A DNA stretch of 36,223 bases from a virus (Duplodnaviria; Caudoviricetes): positions 1 to 36,223 of the IMG/VR virus record IMGVR_UViG_3300024287_000090. One strand, written 5' to 3'. The position numbers and the translations under genes are program-made. Under the pieces are notes generated by a model. The model saw only the letters and a program-made list of their open reading frames with translations, had not been told where the DNA came from and did no database searches. This document shows, piece after piece, positions 8,165 to 18,152 of the stretch; the first letter of the stretch is position 1, and every line of letters starts with the position of its first letter.

Positions 8165-9147
8165 TATCCCATGTAATCAGTCATATCTTCTTGTGATGGC
8201 ATATATCCACCATTTCCACCGCCAGAAAACATATTACGGCCGTTGCCCATCATTTCATAAAACTCACCACGCTGCTTACCGCCCTCTCCTCCGGCATTAG
8301 CGTAATCTTGAGTCTGACCGCCAAGGCTTGCATTGAGCAGATTCGATTTCGCATTTTGTTTCTGTAATGCAAAATTAGAAGCAGCCAACTTGTTCTGATC
8401 TTGACGACCAAGGTTGTACTGCTGCGCCTGGTTCCTGCCTTGGGAATTATATTGTTTAGCCGCATTTTGCATTTCAGCATTACGCTGGGCAGCTGCATTG
8501 CGCGCTTGAGTGTTGAACATATTGAAGCGATTAATAATGTCAGCATTTTGAGCAGCCAACCCTTGGTCTTGATTGCGTAGCGAGCTCAAACCCTGTGAGT
8601 AATCATTGGCCGATTGGAGTTTCTGCAAAGCTGAATTCTGTGCCGCCTGCAGGCCTCCCTGCATCGCATTATTGGCCGCTGCCTGATTCCCTTGCTGAGC
8701 CAATGCCATGGCCACCCCGCTGCCGCCAACGCCTCGAGCGCGAGCATTCATCATCGCTGCGTCACGGTTAGACTTCATGGCCTGATTGGCATTCATAATA
8801 GCTTGGGTTTGTCCTGCTTGATTTTCAGCTGCGGCATAACCATTACCCATGTCTTGCATCTTCATGAGCGCGGCTAATTGCGCTTCTCTGGTCCCATCTG
8901 GCAATGATACACCTTGATACTGTGCGGACTCTGGTGACCCATACAGGCTGGGATCATAACCCTGAAAGTCATACAGTGAATTACTGAACTGAGGACCATT
9001 GACATAATCGTAATCCGATAATCCTTGCTGGTACCTAGCTTGCGTATCAGCGCCACCAATGGCATTCATGATCCCGCTAACCAATGAACCGATATAAGGA
9101 ATACTTGCAGTTGCCTGGCTTAACCCAGGATACATATTAGTTGCCAT
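8155..9147 (-). CDS. Probable ejection/pilot protein (Q/N/A-rich)
   Basis: N-terminal GSLVSGIMNAIGG; ARARGVGGSG followed by QN-rich helices, typical of podoviral pilot proteins. Confidence 0.65.
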   Translation of the reverse strand: MATNMYPGLSQATASIPYIGSLVSGIMNAIGGADTQARYQQGLSDYDYVNGPQFSNSLYDFQGYDPSLYGSPESAQYQGVSLPDGTREAQLAALMKMQDMGNGYAAAENQAGQTQAIMNANQAMKSNRDAAMMNARARGVGGSGVAMALAQQGNQAAANNAMQGGLQAAQNSALQKLQSANDYSQGLSSLRNQDQGLAAQNADIINRFNMFNTQARNAAAQRNAEMQNAAKQYNSQGRNQAQQYNLGRQDQNKLAASNFALQKQNAKSNLLNASLGGQTQDYANAGGEGGKQRGEFYEMMGNGRNMFSGGGNGGYMPSQEDMTDYMGYWG

Positions 9148-9156
9148 AATTCACCT

Positions 9157-10422
9157 CTAAGGAGTTATTCCTAATCTTTTATATAATTGCTCTGGTGTTT
9201 CAATATTCCCTGCACCCAATATCGCATTCGCTGCAGAATTATTACCTATATTAATTGGCAATGGCGATCCCATTTGAGCGCTCTGACCTGCTTGACTGGC
9301 TAGCCAATCACTAATAGCCTCTTGACCATTATCTTTAGTGTAGGACGGCAAAGAGTAAGTACCTGCTCGACTATATACTGGTTTTTCTCCCAATACGTCC
9401 GCAATATTAGCCAAAGCCGAATAATCTTCATCGGTACCGACATTTCCAGTTGTAGCTCCGGCTTCATAATTGCTGATTGGGCTATATCCAAACATATCAG
9501 ATGCACTATAACCAGCAAGAGGCTTGCCATGCTGAGCTGCTGAAGCATTCGCCTGTTGTTTTGGCAGATACACATTGTCATACCATTGTTGATAAGCATT
9601 AGCATAACCCTTTTTGGCCCAATCTGCCTGAGCTTGTTTGCTTTTTAAAAGATTATCAACATCTGTGGTGTATTTATTCTTTTCAGTAGATAACTCATCT
9701 CCGACCGCTTTTCGTGATGATTCAACTTTGTCTTGGTCATATTTGGCCAATCCTTCTAATTGTGACTTGTCTTGACCAGTTTTTGATACAAAATCATTCA
9801 CATTGTTCCATAATTTAGGAGCACCCTGAGCATAGGTCGGATCAGCTCCCAAAAGACTGGTGTCAAGAGTTCTCAATCCTAATCCATAACCGCCTGCCTT
9901 GATTGCATCTTTAGCCAGGACATTCGTAGCTGTGTTTCTATTGGATAGTTGCTTAGCATCGGTGACATTGCCTGAACCATTAATGTCGTAATTGATGGTT
10001 GTCGGACCTGTGAAGGCTGGCTGTTGTAGGGTCTTTTTTAACTTATCAGTCGATCCCATACGAATCGCAGCGTCAATTTCATCTGGAGTCATGCTCTCGT
10101 ATGAGAAATTCTTAGTCGCAGTCCTAGTTGGGTCAGAAGCTTGATTCCATAATGTACCTTCTTTCCCAAGCAGACTATTTCCTTGGTCAATTGCTTTTTG
10201 TCCCATTGATGGATTAGCCGACAGGAAATCAGATATATTAGTCCAACTACCACTGCTGGTGCCATTTTGAGGCTGACCATTAGCTGATGTCCCAGAAGAA
10301 GCTACTTTTCCAGGTTCTGGACTAATCGTTTGTCCGCCACTAAAACTAGACACAGGTGCAGATTGCTGACCTTGTTGAGTCTGCTGTTGATTTTGTTCGT
10401 CGAGCGAACGCATGTAAGCCAT
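9157..10422 (-). CDS. Probable virion/ejection protein
   Basis: 421 aa, low-complexity Q/S/G N-terminus; position after tail genes. Confidence 0.55.
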   Translation of the reverse strand: MAYMRSLDEQNQQQTQQGQQSAPVSSFSGGQTISPEPGKVASSGTSANGQPQNGTSSGSWTNISDFLSANPSMGQKAIDQGNSLLGKEGTLWNQASDPTRTATKNFSYESMTPDEIDAAIRMGSTDKLKKTLQQPAFTGPTTINYDINGSGNVTDAKQLSNRNTATNVLAKDAIKAGGYGLGLRTLDTSLLGADPTYAQGAPKLWNNVNDFVSKTGQDKSQLEGLAKYDQDKVESSRKAVGDELSTEKNKYTTDVDNLLKSKQAQADWAKKGYANAYQQWYDNVYLPKQQANASAAQHGKPLAGYSASDMFGYSPISNYEAGATTGNVGTDEDYSALANIADVLGEKPVYSRAGTYSLPSYTKDNGQEAISDWLASQAGQSAQMGSPLPINIGNNSAANAILGAGNIETPEQLYKRLGITP

Positions 10423-10423
10423 A

Positions 10424-11251
10424 CTAACCTCCTATCAAGATATAGGTAACATTTGAAGTAATATCAGTATTTCCACCAAGATAAGTGACATTAAGCTGAA
10501 CTTCGTCTTCTCCGTTGCCGAGGAGGTTGAGCGCTCCACCACTGTTTTGATAGGCAATGAGCTCGACATAATCACCAGATTTTAGAGGAATAACTCTTGA
10601 TGCGCTAATGTCATAATTTCCAGTTCCGCTATTAATTAAAGATGTTGTCCCTAATCTTGAACCAGTCCCAGTTGTGACATTGTTTTTTGCCATGTAAAAC
10701 AAACGTTGACCAACTATATTGGCTGCAAATGAACCTGTATATTCAAAAAGATAATTACCACCATTGACACAGGTGATTCGTGTAGGATTAGTTGTTGAGC
10801 TCCAAGACAGACCACCTCCAGAAGAATATTGCGTGGTTGTCCATATTACCTTGGTCTCCATTGAATCATTAATAGATTGATTTGCATTACGAGTTAAGAA
10901 CAAATAAGAATCAGGTGATTTGAAATTGAAAGTAATTCCTAATTCATTGTTGCTCGACTTATAAACTAAGTTGTAAGAATCAATTAAATTACCTGGTTCC
11001 ATATAAATTGGATGAATTCCGATAGGACGTGAACCGCCGGTAAATGGATTGGCAATGACTAATTCAGTTCCATTTTTGAAGCTATTGGTTTTTATTTTGC
11101 AAAGAAAATTATCACCATACGTTAATTTTCCGAAAAGAGCCTGTGTAGCCTGCTCCATGAAATCATTGTAGGCAGTGAGCATGGGATCAACCCAAGATGG
11201 GGCGCCCTGAAGTTCTTCTTTAGCTACACGCTTTATATTGGTTAACTTCAT
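10424..11251 (-). CDS. Tail-associated protein with C1q/TNF-like beta-sandwich domain
   Basis: TRITCVNGGNYLF...VIPLKSGDYVELIAYQNSG resembles C1q-like domains of phage fibres. Confidence 0.6.
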   Translation of the reverse strand: MKLTNIKRVAKEELQGAPSWVDPMLTAYNDFMEQATQALFGKLTYGDNFLCKIKTNSFKNGTELVIANPFTGGSRPIGIHPIYMEPGNLIDSYNLVYKSSNNELGITFNFKSPDSYLFLTRNANQSINDSMETKVIWTTTQYSSGGGLSWSSTTNPTRITCVNGGNYLFEYTGSFAANIVGQRLFYMAKNNVTTGTGSRLGTTSLINSGTGNYDISASRVIPLKSGDYVELIAYQNSGGALNLLGNGEDEVQLNVTYLGGNTDITSNVTYILIGG

Positions 11252-13563
11252 GCTCGATGACTTCCTGTGCTGCGCTTGCTTAATCCCATACCCTTAATCT
11301 CAAAGCGACAACCAGCTGTTTGATTTTTTATTTGCACATACAATTGCCTGCTATATTGTTTGCCATCGTTATTAACAAAATCACCAATGTAAGTTCGGAC
11401 AATATTATTGTATTGATAAGAAGGAGAAGAAAAAGCCGACAATGTGAAATCATTAAGATATTCAGTAATCGGATTATTAAAAGCTGTCTGAGCAGCGCTG
11501 AAATATGATGAAATTGGCTGATCAAGCTTATCCAATTCATTGGCAAATCCGACATCGAAAGAATAAGCAAACATCGTTCCTAAATCGAATTGAACTTCGT
11601 CAAATTGCTTGTATTCAAAAGGATCACCTTCACTACGCAGATTATAAAGAACATCCATTTTAATATTGCGGTATAACTTATAATTTCCTGGAGCTAATCC
11701 AGATACAGTATTAAATGTATAAGTTATCCCGACAACGCTAATTAGATAATATTTATTGCCCGTTATTGAATCAAATATAATCCATCCTTTATCTGGAGTG
11801 CCATATAAAGAGTAGTTATAAGTCGTAGCGTCAACAAATGTTGCAGTTACGGAATTAGTACTGGGACTTACTGCCGATATAGTCAAAGTTCCTTCTGGAT
11901 CACAGAATTCCATTTCGGCAGGATATGTTCCCGATACAAAGTCAGCATATCCATTGCGCTGCTTAAGAACAGCGCCAACATTATTATTGAGGCCATAATA
12001 AATCCGGTCACCAAATATCGTAAAGCAATTCGCATTAAGATACCACCTCGTCCATGAATTGGTAAGATAATTGTATACATAACACAAACGCAGCGCTGAA
12101 TTATAAAGAGGACTATCAGGAAGGGTTTGTAGGCATAACACATAGTTGCGTTCGCTTTCATGTGCGACCGAAACCACATTGTCATGATTAACGCCTAGTT
12201 TCTGCAATTGCCTAACATCAGCAATTAAATCGAATTCAATTTGGCGACTTAATATCTGCACACCATTGTCAGAAACAGCGACTACGCCCTGGTTGGTCAA
12301 AGCAAAAGCCATGTTGTTAAGAACATAGACCGAGTCTCTGGACACAATGGATACCGTGTTGTCGAGTAAGCTGATCTGAAAATTAGTCAAATCAGTTCCA
12401 ACCATTCTCCAAACAGAATAGTCTTTAAAAATGATAACACTGTCCCGTAATGCGACAACCCGCTGAATAGTCTCGTTCTTTGGTCCAACAGGAAAATAAT
12501 TCACATAAGGAACATGTTCAGGTTGCTGGAACTTGCTAATAATCAAACTATGAGGGTCATCACTATCGCTTGAGGTGAATTTATCAAGCTGTGTTAGTGC
12601 TAATTGGGGCGCCCAGTACTTAAGCATCCCGGCTGAGCCAATAACAAACCAAGACGGATCACCGAATTGTCTGGACTCCAAGTATATCTTACCTGGTACA
12701 TCATTGAACCCAGATAAATAATAGGCATAAATTGTACTGTTACCAGTGTATTGATTAATTACTTTTACCAAAGAGCGCGCCGTAGCGTCGATATTCGTTG
12801 CAACAGTTCCACCTGTGGTCGCTAAAAATGTTCCTGTAGCGATGTTTTCTGCAGCAGTGCTGGCCGTATATGTAACGCCATTAATGGTAATTGTTTGCGT
12901 GTTCATGCCTGCATCAACGCCAACCATATTGATTTGCAGGCTTTGCTTTAATTTAGTGTATGCATAAACTACATGGTCTTTATATAAACACACATCCCTG
13001 CAGTAAGGAGGCTGAGTGTTCTCGTTCTCTGCACCTTCTTGAGTTGCATTTGTATAGAGAGCCGCTCCTAATAAGTCATCATCGGTTAGATCAATTGTAT
13101 TAGCAAATAATACCTTTTTAGTGATGATTTCGGCATTAGTAGGATTTCTTTCATAACAGAGGAATAATTCATCCCCGGGATCTCCAACGGATACTGGCTG
13201 TTGATGACTGCGATAAATCTGAAAGAAATGAGCTGTGGTTATACCAACCGGAATGAAAAATTGCAATTCTGTACTAACCGCACCACCACTGGTGTTACTA
13301 AATACAATTCTTTGCGATGGCGGACCATAGATGTAGTTATCATTTAAGTCTTTAATGCCCCAAACTAGCCGATAAGATACAGATGACTGGTCGGCCAACC
13401 ATGAACCACCGCCACCAGCTTGTACGGCCAAATCTAATCCGCGAGGAAGACCTGATTGAACGATTTGTGCAGTAGGATTCTGAATCTTTAAGACACCAAG
13501 ATTAGTGGTGATATAAGTATTACCGTTGTAATCCTGAAATCTAATGCGACGAGGCAATGCCAT
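11248..13563 (-). CDS. Tail nozzle/stabilisation protein (P22 gp10 / T7 gp12-like), C-terminal part
   Basis: ISKFQQPEHVP...ALRDSVIIFKDYSVW...LTNQGVVAVS...YVYNYLTNSWTRW beta-propeller pattern; downstream of adaptor. Confidence 0.75.
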   Translation of the reverse strand: MALPRRIRFQDYNGNTYITTNLGVLKIQNPTAQIVQSGLPRGLDLAVQAGGGGSWLADQSSVSYRLVWGIKDLNDNYIYGPPSQRIVFSNTSGGAVSTELQFFIPVGITTAHFFQIYRSHQQPVSVGDPGDELFLCYERNPTNAEIITKKVLFANTIDLTDDDLLGAALYTNATQEGAENENTQPPYCRDVCLYKDHVVYAYTKLKQSLQINMVGVDAGMNTQTITINGVTYTASTAAENIATGTFLATTGGTVATNIDATARSLVKVINQYTGNSTIYAYYLSGFNDVPGKIYLESRQFGDPSWFVIGSAGMLKYWAPQLALTQLDKFTSSDSDDPHSLIISKFQQPEHVPYVNYFPVGPKNETIQRVVALRDSVIIFKDYSVWRMVGTDLTNFQISLLDNTVSIVSRDSVYVLNNMAFALTNQGVVAVSDNGVQILSRQIEFDLIADVRQLQKLGVNHDNVVSVAHESERNYVLCLQTLPDSPLYNSALRLCYVYNYLTNSWTRWYLNANCFTIFGDRIYYGLNNNVGAVLKQRNGYADFVSGTYPAEMEFCDPEGTLTISAVSPSTNSVTATFVDATTYNYSLYGTPDKGWIIFDSITGNKYYLISVVGITYTFNTVSGLAPGNYKLYRNIKMDVLYNLRSEGDPFEYKQFDEVQFDLGTMFAYSFDVGFANELDKLDQPISSYFSAAQTAFNNPITEYLNDFTLSAFSSPSYQYNNIVRTYIGDFVNNDGKQYSRQLYVQIKNQTAGCRFEIKGMGLSKRSTGSHRA

Positions 13564-14966
13564 TATGTAGGCCCAACTATGTTGTATGACACATATCCGC
13601 CAGATCCATTACCACTGATATTGGCAATCGTCGTGACCTGAATAGTGGAGCGATTTATTTTACGAAGCGTCTTATCGTCAGCTACGTAGATAAAGTTGTT
13701 ATCACCCCATATCGCCGATGGAGAAGTGAAAGTAGCCGCCGAACCGATTCCATCATCATGACCAGAAACCCCAGGATTTCCAGCATAAAGCGTACTAGAA
13801 CCATCAGCCAACGAAACTTTCCTGATGACTTGATTACCTGTAGCAAGAAAGCTAGTTCTTCCATCGCACACATAAAGATATCCTTCTGCGACATCGCCCC
13901 ATATTCCATATAAATTGGAATAACGAGTAGTGGCTGCATTTCCGTTGGCGTAGCCAAAAGTATCCCATACCCCAGACCAATTCTGATCAACAACTCCTGT
14001 AGTCTTATTAACTCGGACTATTGACCATCCATCAGGATCGCCGCTAGTTGAAGCACCAATGGTTGCAAAATTAGTATGAGTAAAATAACAATAATCGTGA
14101 CCATCTGTCGTCCAACCACATGCGCCAGCGAAATTAAGTGTATGGCCTGCGTTTCCATAATAAGCTGGAGAGGTAACAGTGGTTACTGTCTGAGTGGCAA
14201 TTTCTATTTTTCTGAAATTACACGATATTCCTGGCAATCCAACTGGACCACCTTGAATATCAATTAGCCACAAATATGTACTATCCGAACAAATAGCCTG
14301 AACACTTCTAAACCTAGCCGCTCCTCCGACTCCATCTGCCGTACCGGTTGTTCCGATTAATCCTGCGAATGTAGTTGATGTTCCGGTAGTTTTATCTACT
14401 TTTCTGACAGTCGATGAACCAGAATCGGCAACATATAGTAAATTTCCCTGGATTGTAAACCCAAATGGACCTGAATACTGAGATACATAAGCCGAACCAT
14501 TCGCAGCCACTGGATAAGGATAAGAAAAATTAGTATTTGTTGCATTTCCTGAAAATACAGATATAAAATTATTCGCAACATCAAAAGTACTTATGGAATG
14601 CAGGCTTTGCGCTAAAGTCGGGTATTCCACATAATAGAACTTACTTCCATCCCAATACATATTCTTAATAAAAGCGCCCACGGATGAATTATGGTCAGCA
14701 AGGGTCCAAGTGCAATCTCCGCTCTCATAATATAATTTACTGTCGATATTCGCGAATAAAGTTCCATTCGAAACAAATAACTGAGTTGGTGTCGCCAGTG
14801 GCAAACCGGTATTGCACAGCGAAAATCCACGACGCCTGTCGATTTGATTCTCGCGCGTAATAACACATTCATCCGCTGCCAGAAGCGAACCATCTGGTGA
14901 ATTAAGGTTATTGGGATGACGATACAGCCCAATAGCCTTGGTGTTTGAATCAAAACCATCACTCAT
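13563..14966 (-). CDS. Nozzle N-terminal-like segment fused to NHL-repeat beta-propeller
   Basis: GLYRHPNNL..PDGSLLAADECVITRENQIDRRRGF start; repeated LYVAD...RKV...AG..G..DG.G.AA.F NHL motifs. Confidence 0.7.
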   Translation of the reverse strand: MSDGFDSNTKAIGLYRHPNNLNSPDGSLLAADECVITRENQIDRRRGFSLCNTGLPLATPTQLFVSNGTLFANIDSKLYYESGDCTWTLADHNSSVGAFIKNMYWDGSKFYYVEYPTLAQSLHSISTFDVANNFISVFSGNATNTNFSYPYPVAANGSAYVSQYSGPFGFTIQGNLLYVADSGSSTVRKVDKTTGTSTTFAGLIGTTGTADGVGGAARFRSVQAICSDSTYLWLIDIQGGPVGLPGISCNFRKIEIATQTVTTVTSPAYYGNAGHTLNFAGACGWTTDGHDYCYFTHTNFATIGASTSGDPDGWSIVRVNKTTGVVDQNWSGVWDTFGYANGNAATTRYSNLYGIWGDVAEGYLYVCDGRTSFLATGNQVIRKVSLADGSSTLYAGNPGVSGHDDGIGSAATFTSPSAIWGDNNFIYVADDKTLRKINRSTIQVTTIANISGNGSGGYVSYNIVGPT

Positions 14967-15925
14967 GGGAAGACGCCACGTCCTCTGCTGGTTCCAATAT
15001 TATTCATCAATGAATTATCCCATTGGCTTATTTTTTTATACTTAGACACGTATCGATTTCCGGGAGCAGATGATAGCATATTCTTAGCATTCAATACGAT
15101 TTGCTGTTGAATCTGCATCGCAGTTTGAATATCCATTTGCGAATTAGACAGAGAAAACATGGTTAATTCTTTTAATGCCGTGAATAAACCATAAGGAATA
15201 TCAGGATAAATCGTTTCATCAACCAAATTGACCCAATTTCCAGCCGTCAAGGTTTGAACTGAGGCAACTGGGAAAGTCTGCACATTGGCAGCTAAAGCCG
15301 TTGCTTGGATATTATTCTGCAAACGCTTAAATGGCGGAGTTGAGCTATAAAAGTCATGGAAACTAGAAGCAGTGAAGGTAGCGGGTGGCGTAGCCGTATA
15401 GGTTACCGCTCCTGTGGCATAGTTAACTGATTGTACTTGGGCAGCTTCTGATTTTTTGACCAGCTTCCCTGGCATGCGGAAGTAAACAAATCTTAAATTA
15501 TACGAGGTAGCAGTTCCTGCGTCAGGAGCAGGTATTAACGTCACACTGTTATGATCAAGATAACAATCTGTAGGGAAACCAGTGGTTCCATATCCATAAT
15601 AGCGCCGTTCGTTGATTTCGGCTCGTTCTAAGGGGATTTCTTCCTTGGTTACGGCATTAACGATCGTTACCGTGTCTATCTTCTGGTACATGGAATATTG
15701 AGGAAGCAAATAATCAGGCGTACCAGCAGTCATGGTGGTGTCGGTTTGGGTTCGATACCATCCTTCATCCATAGACAACAGAACTGGTGCTAATTTGCTA
15801 ACCAATTGTTCAGAGGCAATAGAAAGAATCTGAGCATCAGAATAAGTCAGTTGAGACGCAGGTATTTTAAGGTCTCTTTTAATGGCCAACAACAAATCAT
15901 CAGATGTTTCTACGCCAAATGACAT
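14963..15925 (-). CDS. Head-tail adaptor (P22 gp4 / T7 gp11-like)
   Basis: Helical N-terminus, YLLP...TLIPAPD...LRFVYFRMP pattern; directly upstream of nozzle. Confidence 0.7.
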   Translation of the reverse strand: MSFGVETSDDLLLAIKRDLKIPASQLTYSDAQILSIASEQLVSKLAPVLLSMDEGWYRTQTDTTMTAGTPDYLLPQYSMYQKIDTVTIVNAVTKEEIPLERAEINERRYYGYGTTGFPTDCYLDHNSVTLIPAPDAGTATSYNLRFVYFRMPGKLVKKSEAAQVQSVNYATGAVTYTATPPATFTASSFHDFYSSTPPFKRLQNNIQATALAANVQTFPVASVQTLTAGNWVNLVDETIYPDIPYGLFTALKELTMFSLSNSQMDIQTAMQIQQQIVLNAKNMLSSAPGNRYVSKYKKISQWDNSLMNNIGTSRGRGVFP

Positions 15926-15927
15926 TG

Positions 15928-16491
15928 TTAGAATCCTTTTTTACGAGAATACTTGGTTTTTCTCAGGGTTTGTTCAGGCATGGGCGAAGTTGTTCCTGAA
16001 CTTTTCTTGGTCACGTACAGATTGCCTTTTTCTTCGTTTCTCACCCGAGGACGGTACTTCATGTCTTCTTCATGTGCCGATTCCATTTGCCCTTCCAACA
16101 TTTTCGCAATGTCCGGGTTGGCAACATCAAAACCAGGGTCATCTTCGGCTTTATTCATGTCATGGACCACATGGTTCATGTCCAATGGCGCTTCTTGATG
16201 CACATCGCCTTCCGCCATATCCATGTTCTCTTCTTCTGGGTTCATCATGGATTCTTCCGCTTGCTCAGCCATGACTTCACCTGCATTAACATCGGGAAGT
16301 TTTTCGGCCATAACTTCGCCGTGTGGTGTTTGATGTTTCTCGATTTCAACTGATACTTCGGCTTCTGGATTTCCGCCCGAACGCATCGAGTTGTGATCTT
16401 CGAGTATTTTGTCGTCAAGCATAGAGATTAAGCTCTTAATTGCTGACAATTTTGATTTCATTTCTGGGTGTTCAGGATTCATGTATTTCAT
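15928..16491 (-). CDS. Acidic, Met-rich low-complexity hypothetical protein
   Basis: 187 aa; GAGG RBS; acidic core with basic C-terminus. Confidence 0.75.
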   Translation of the reverse strand: MKYMNPEHPEMKSKLSAIKSLISMLDDKILEDHNSMRSGGNPEAEVSVEIEKHQTPHGEVMAEKLPDVNAGEVMAEQAEESMMNPEEENMDMAEGDVHQEAPLDMNHVVHDMNKAEDDPGFDVANPDIAKMLEGQMESAHEEDMKYRPRVRNEEKGNLYVTKKSSGTTSPMPEQTLRKTKYSRKKGF

Positions 16492-16493
16492 AA

Positions 16494-16883
16494 TTACCTC
16501 TTAGTTGCTTCAATAGTTGCAACGCCAATTCCTACGCTTAAAAATATTCCGATACCAATTCCAATGGGTAATCCCCATTTAGACCAAAACTGGCTACCGT
16601 TCTGTATAACAGGAACCGCATCATTGTTGCGGTTGAATAACGAATCTCTTTGTTGTCTGAAATACAACATTTTCCATTCATTACGTTCAGTATTAAGTTC
16701 TCGCGCAAATCTACGCGATTCATCCCAATTCATCCACAACCCATCCATTGGAGGACTATGAATATCAACCAAATGAAATTCTCCAACCGCTTCCACAGGG
16801 AACGTTGCAGGTTGTTCAACTGGAAATGCCGGACTAATTACGATTAATTGGCTTACCAGATAAGTATGAAAAAACTTCATCAT
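16494..16883 (-). CDS. Membrane protein at spanin position in lysis cassette
   Basis: Signal-like N-terminus, C-terminal TM segment, overlaps upstream gene by 50 bp; no Cys. Confidence 0.5.
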   Translation of the reverse strand: MMKFFHTYLVSQLIVISPAFPVEQPATFPVEAVGEFHLVDIHSPPMDGLWMNWDESRRFARELNTERNEWKMLYFRQQRDSLFNRNNDAVPVIQNGSQFWSKWGLPIGIGIGIFLSVGIGVATIEATKR

Positions 16884-17079
16884 TATTTTTTAATTCTCTT
16901 GAGAAAATTTCATCAATATTCTTGTCAAAAATAATTAACGTATCTTTTTGTTTTTTGATAACATCATCTTGTAATTTTTTAATTCGTTCAGTTTCATTGA
17001 TTGTCGACCTTTTCTGACAGTAAATATAAGCAGACAGAACCGAAACCAATGAAATTAAACCACCAATTAAATAAGACAT
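16834..17079 (-). CDS. Putative i-spanin-like protein
   Basis: N-terminal TM followed by charged helix; after holin/endolysin. Confidence 0.5.
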   Translation of the reverse strand: MSYLIGGLISLVSVLSAYIYCQKRSTINETERIKKLQDDVIKKQKDTLIIFDKNIDEIFSRELKNNDEVFSYLSGKPINRN

Positions 17080-17080
17080 A

Positions 17081-17299
17081 TTATTTCAGAGCATCCGTTT
17101 TAACAACGCCGGTCTTATCGGCATCCTTAGCGAATAGCCCCATAAAGAATGCGCCGACTGCAGCTGTAATGATTTGAGCTCTTTGTGCATTGGATCCTGA
17201 CGCCAAAACATCAGATTGTGTGATGAGCCCTCCTAACAAAGCAAGGACTCCGAGCAATGTGGTTTTCCAATTTTTTAATCCATTTAAAAAAATATCCAT
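17081..17299 (-). CDS. Putative holin
   Basis: 72 aa, two TM segments, NWKTTLLG start and charged C-tail; next to endolysin. Confidence 0.75.
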   Translation of the reverse strand: MDIFLNGLKNWKTTLLGVLALLGGLITQSDVLASGSNAQRAQIITAAVGAFFMGLFAKDADKTGVVKTDALK

Positions 17300-17881
17300 T
17301 TAATCAACCTTTCTTAACCAGTTAAGTATGCCATTGGCAATCAGCGCTCCGTAAGCTTGAGCACCGTTGTTTTTAAGCCAATCTGCTTGTTCATTATTGC
17401 TTATAAACAATCCTTCTACAATAATAGAAGGACAATGTATTTTATCCAGGAAAAACAATCCTCTTTCATCTGCAATCGGACCATTATCTGTATAAATCAA
17501 TGGATTAATAGATTTAGTGAATCCATCCTTAAGATATTGGCAAATACTATCAGCTGAGGTTTTCGCGATGTATGATTTGGTCGTTTCTTTATATAAGACC
17601 TCACCGTAATGAGCGCTTTTATCTTCACTCGAATTCAAATGAATCTCCAGAGCTAAATCTGGCTGAGGATTCATGCTGTTAATAAGTTTAGTCTTGTAGA
17701 TTGAGTACTCAGTGTCATTTAGATTACCACAATCGACCAGAGTGCATGCATATCCATTATCCGCTAGTATCTCAAAACAAACGCGTGATGCCTGACGAGA
17801 CATTTCATACTCGTTGATGCCATAAAGTGTATTTGCAGCGCCACGGAATTTACTGCTGTGCGCTATGGATATGCAAATCAT
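17300..17881 (-). CDS. Endolysin, N-acetylmuramoyl-L-alanine amidase (Amidase_3)
   Basis: Zn/catalytic motifs IAHS, NEYE, EIHLNS, IIVEGLFISN; GGAGG RBS before ATG 17881. Confidence 0.9.
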   Translation of the reverse strand: MICISIAHSSKFRGAANTLYGINEYEMSRQASRVCFEILADNGYACTLVDCGNLNDTEYSIYKTKLINSMNPQPDLALEIHLNSSEDKSAHYGEVLYKETTKSYIAKTSADSICQYLKDGFTKSINPLIYTDNGPIADERGLFFLDKIHCPSIIVEGLFISNNEQADWLKNNGAQAYGALIANGILNWLRKVD

Positions 17882-18152
17882 TCTTAGCCTCCACAACAAC
17901 TACTCGTTCCCTTATGCGATTAATTTCATCCCAAATCTTGCTTACTGATTTGGTATGCTCTTCCACATTGACTACATTGCTGAATTTTAAATCTATTTCA
18001 TTTAATTTATGGTCCATCTTTTCAAGTTTGTCGGCAATCTTGGTGAATATTCCCTTGCCCATATGGATCAATGACCACACAAGAACGACAATCACACCCA
18101 CCAATATTTGACCTGGGACCCAATTAGATATCGCTGTTTCCATGTTATTCAC
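17850..18152 (-). CDS. Single-TM coiled-coil protein (possible holin/antiholin)
   Basis: One TM then coiled coil; immediately upstream of amidase. Confidence 0.55.
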   Translation of the reverse strand: MNNMETAISNWVPGQILVGVIVVLVWSLIHMGKGIFTKIADKLEKMDHKLNEIDLKFSNVVNVEEHTKSVSKIWDEINRIRERVVVVEAKNDLHIHSAQQ

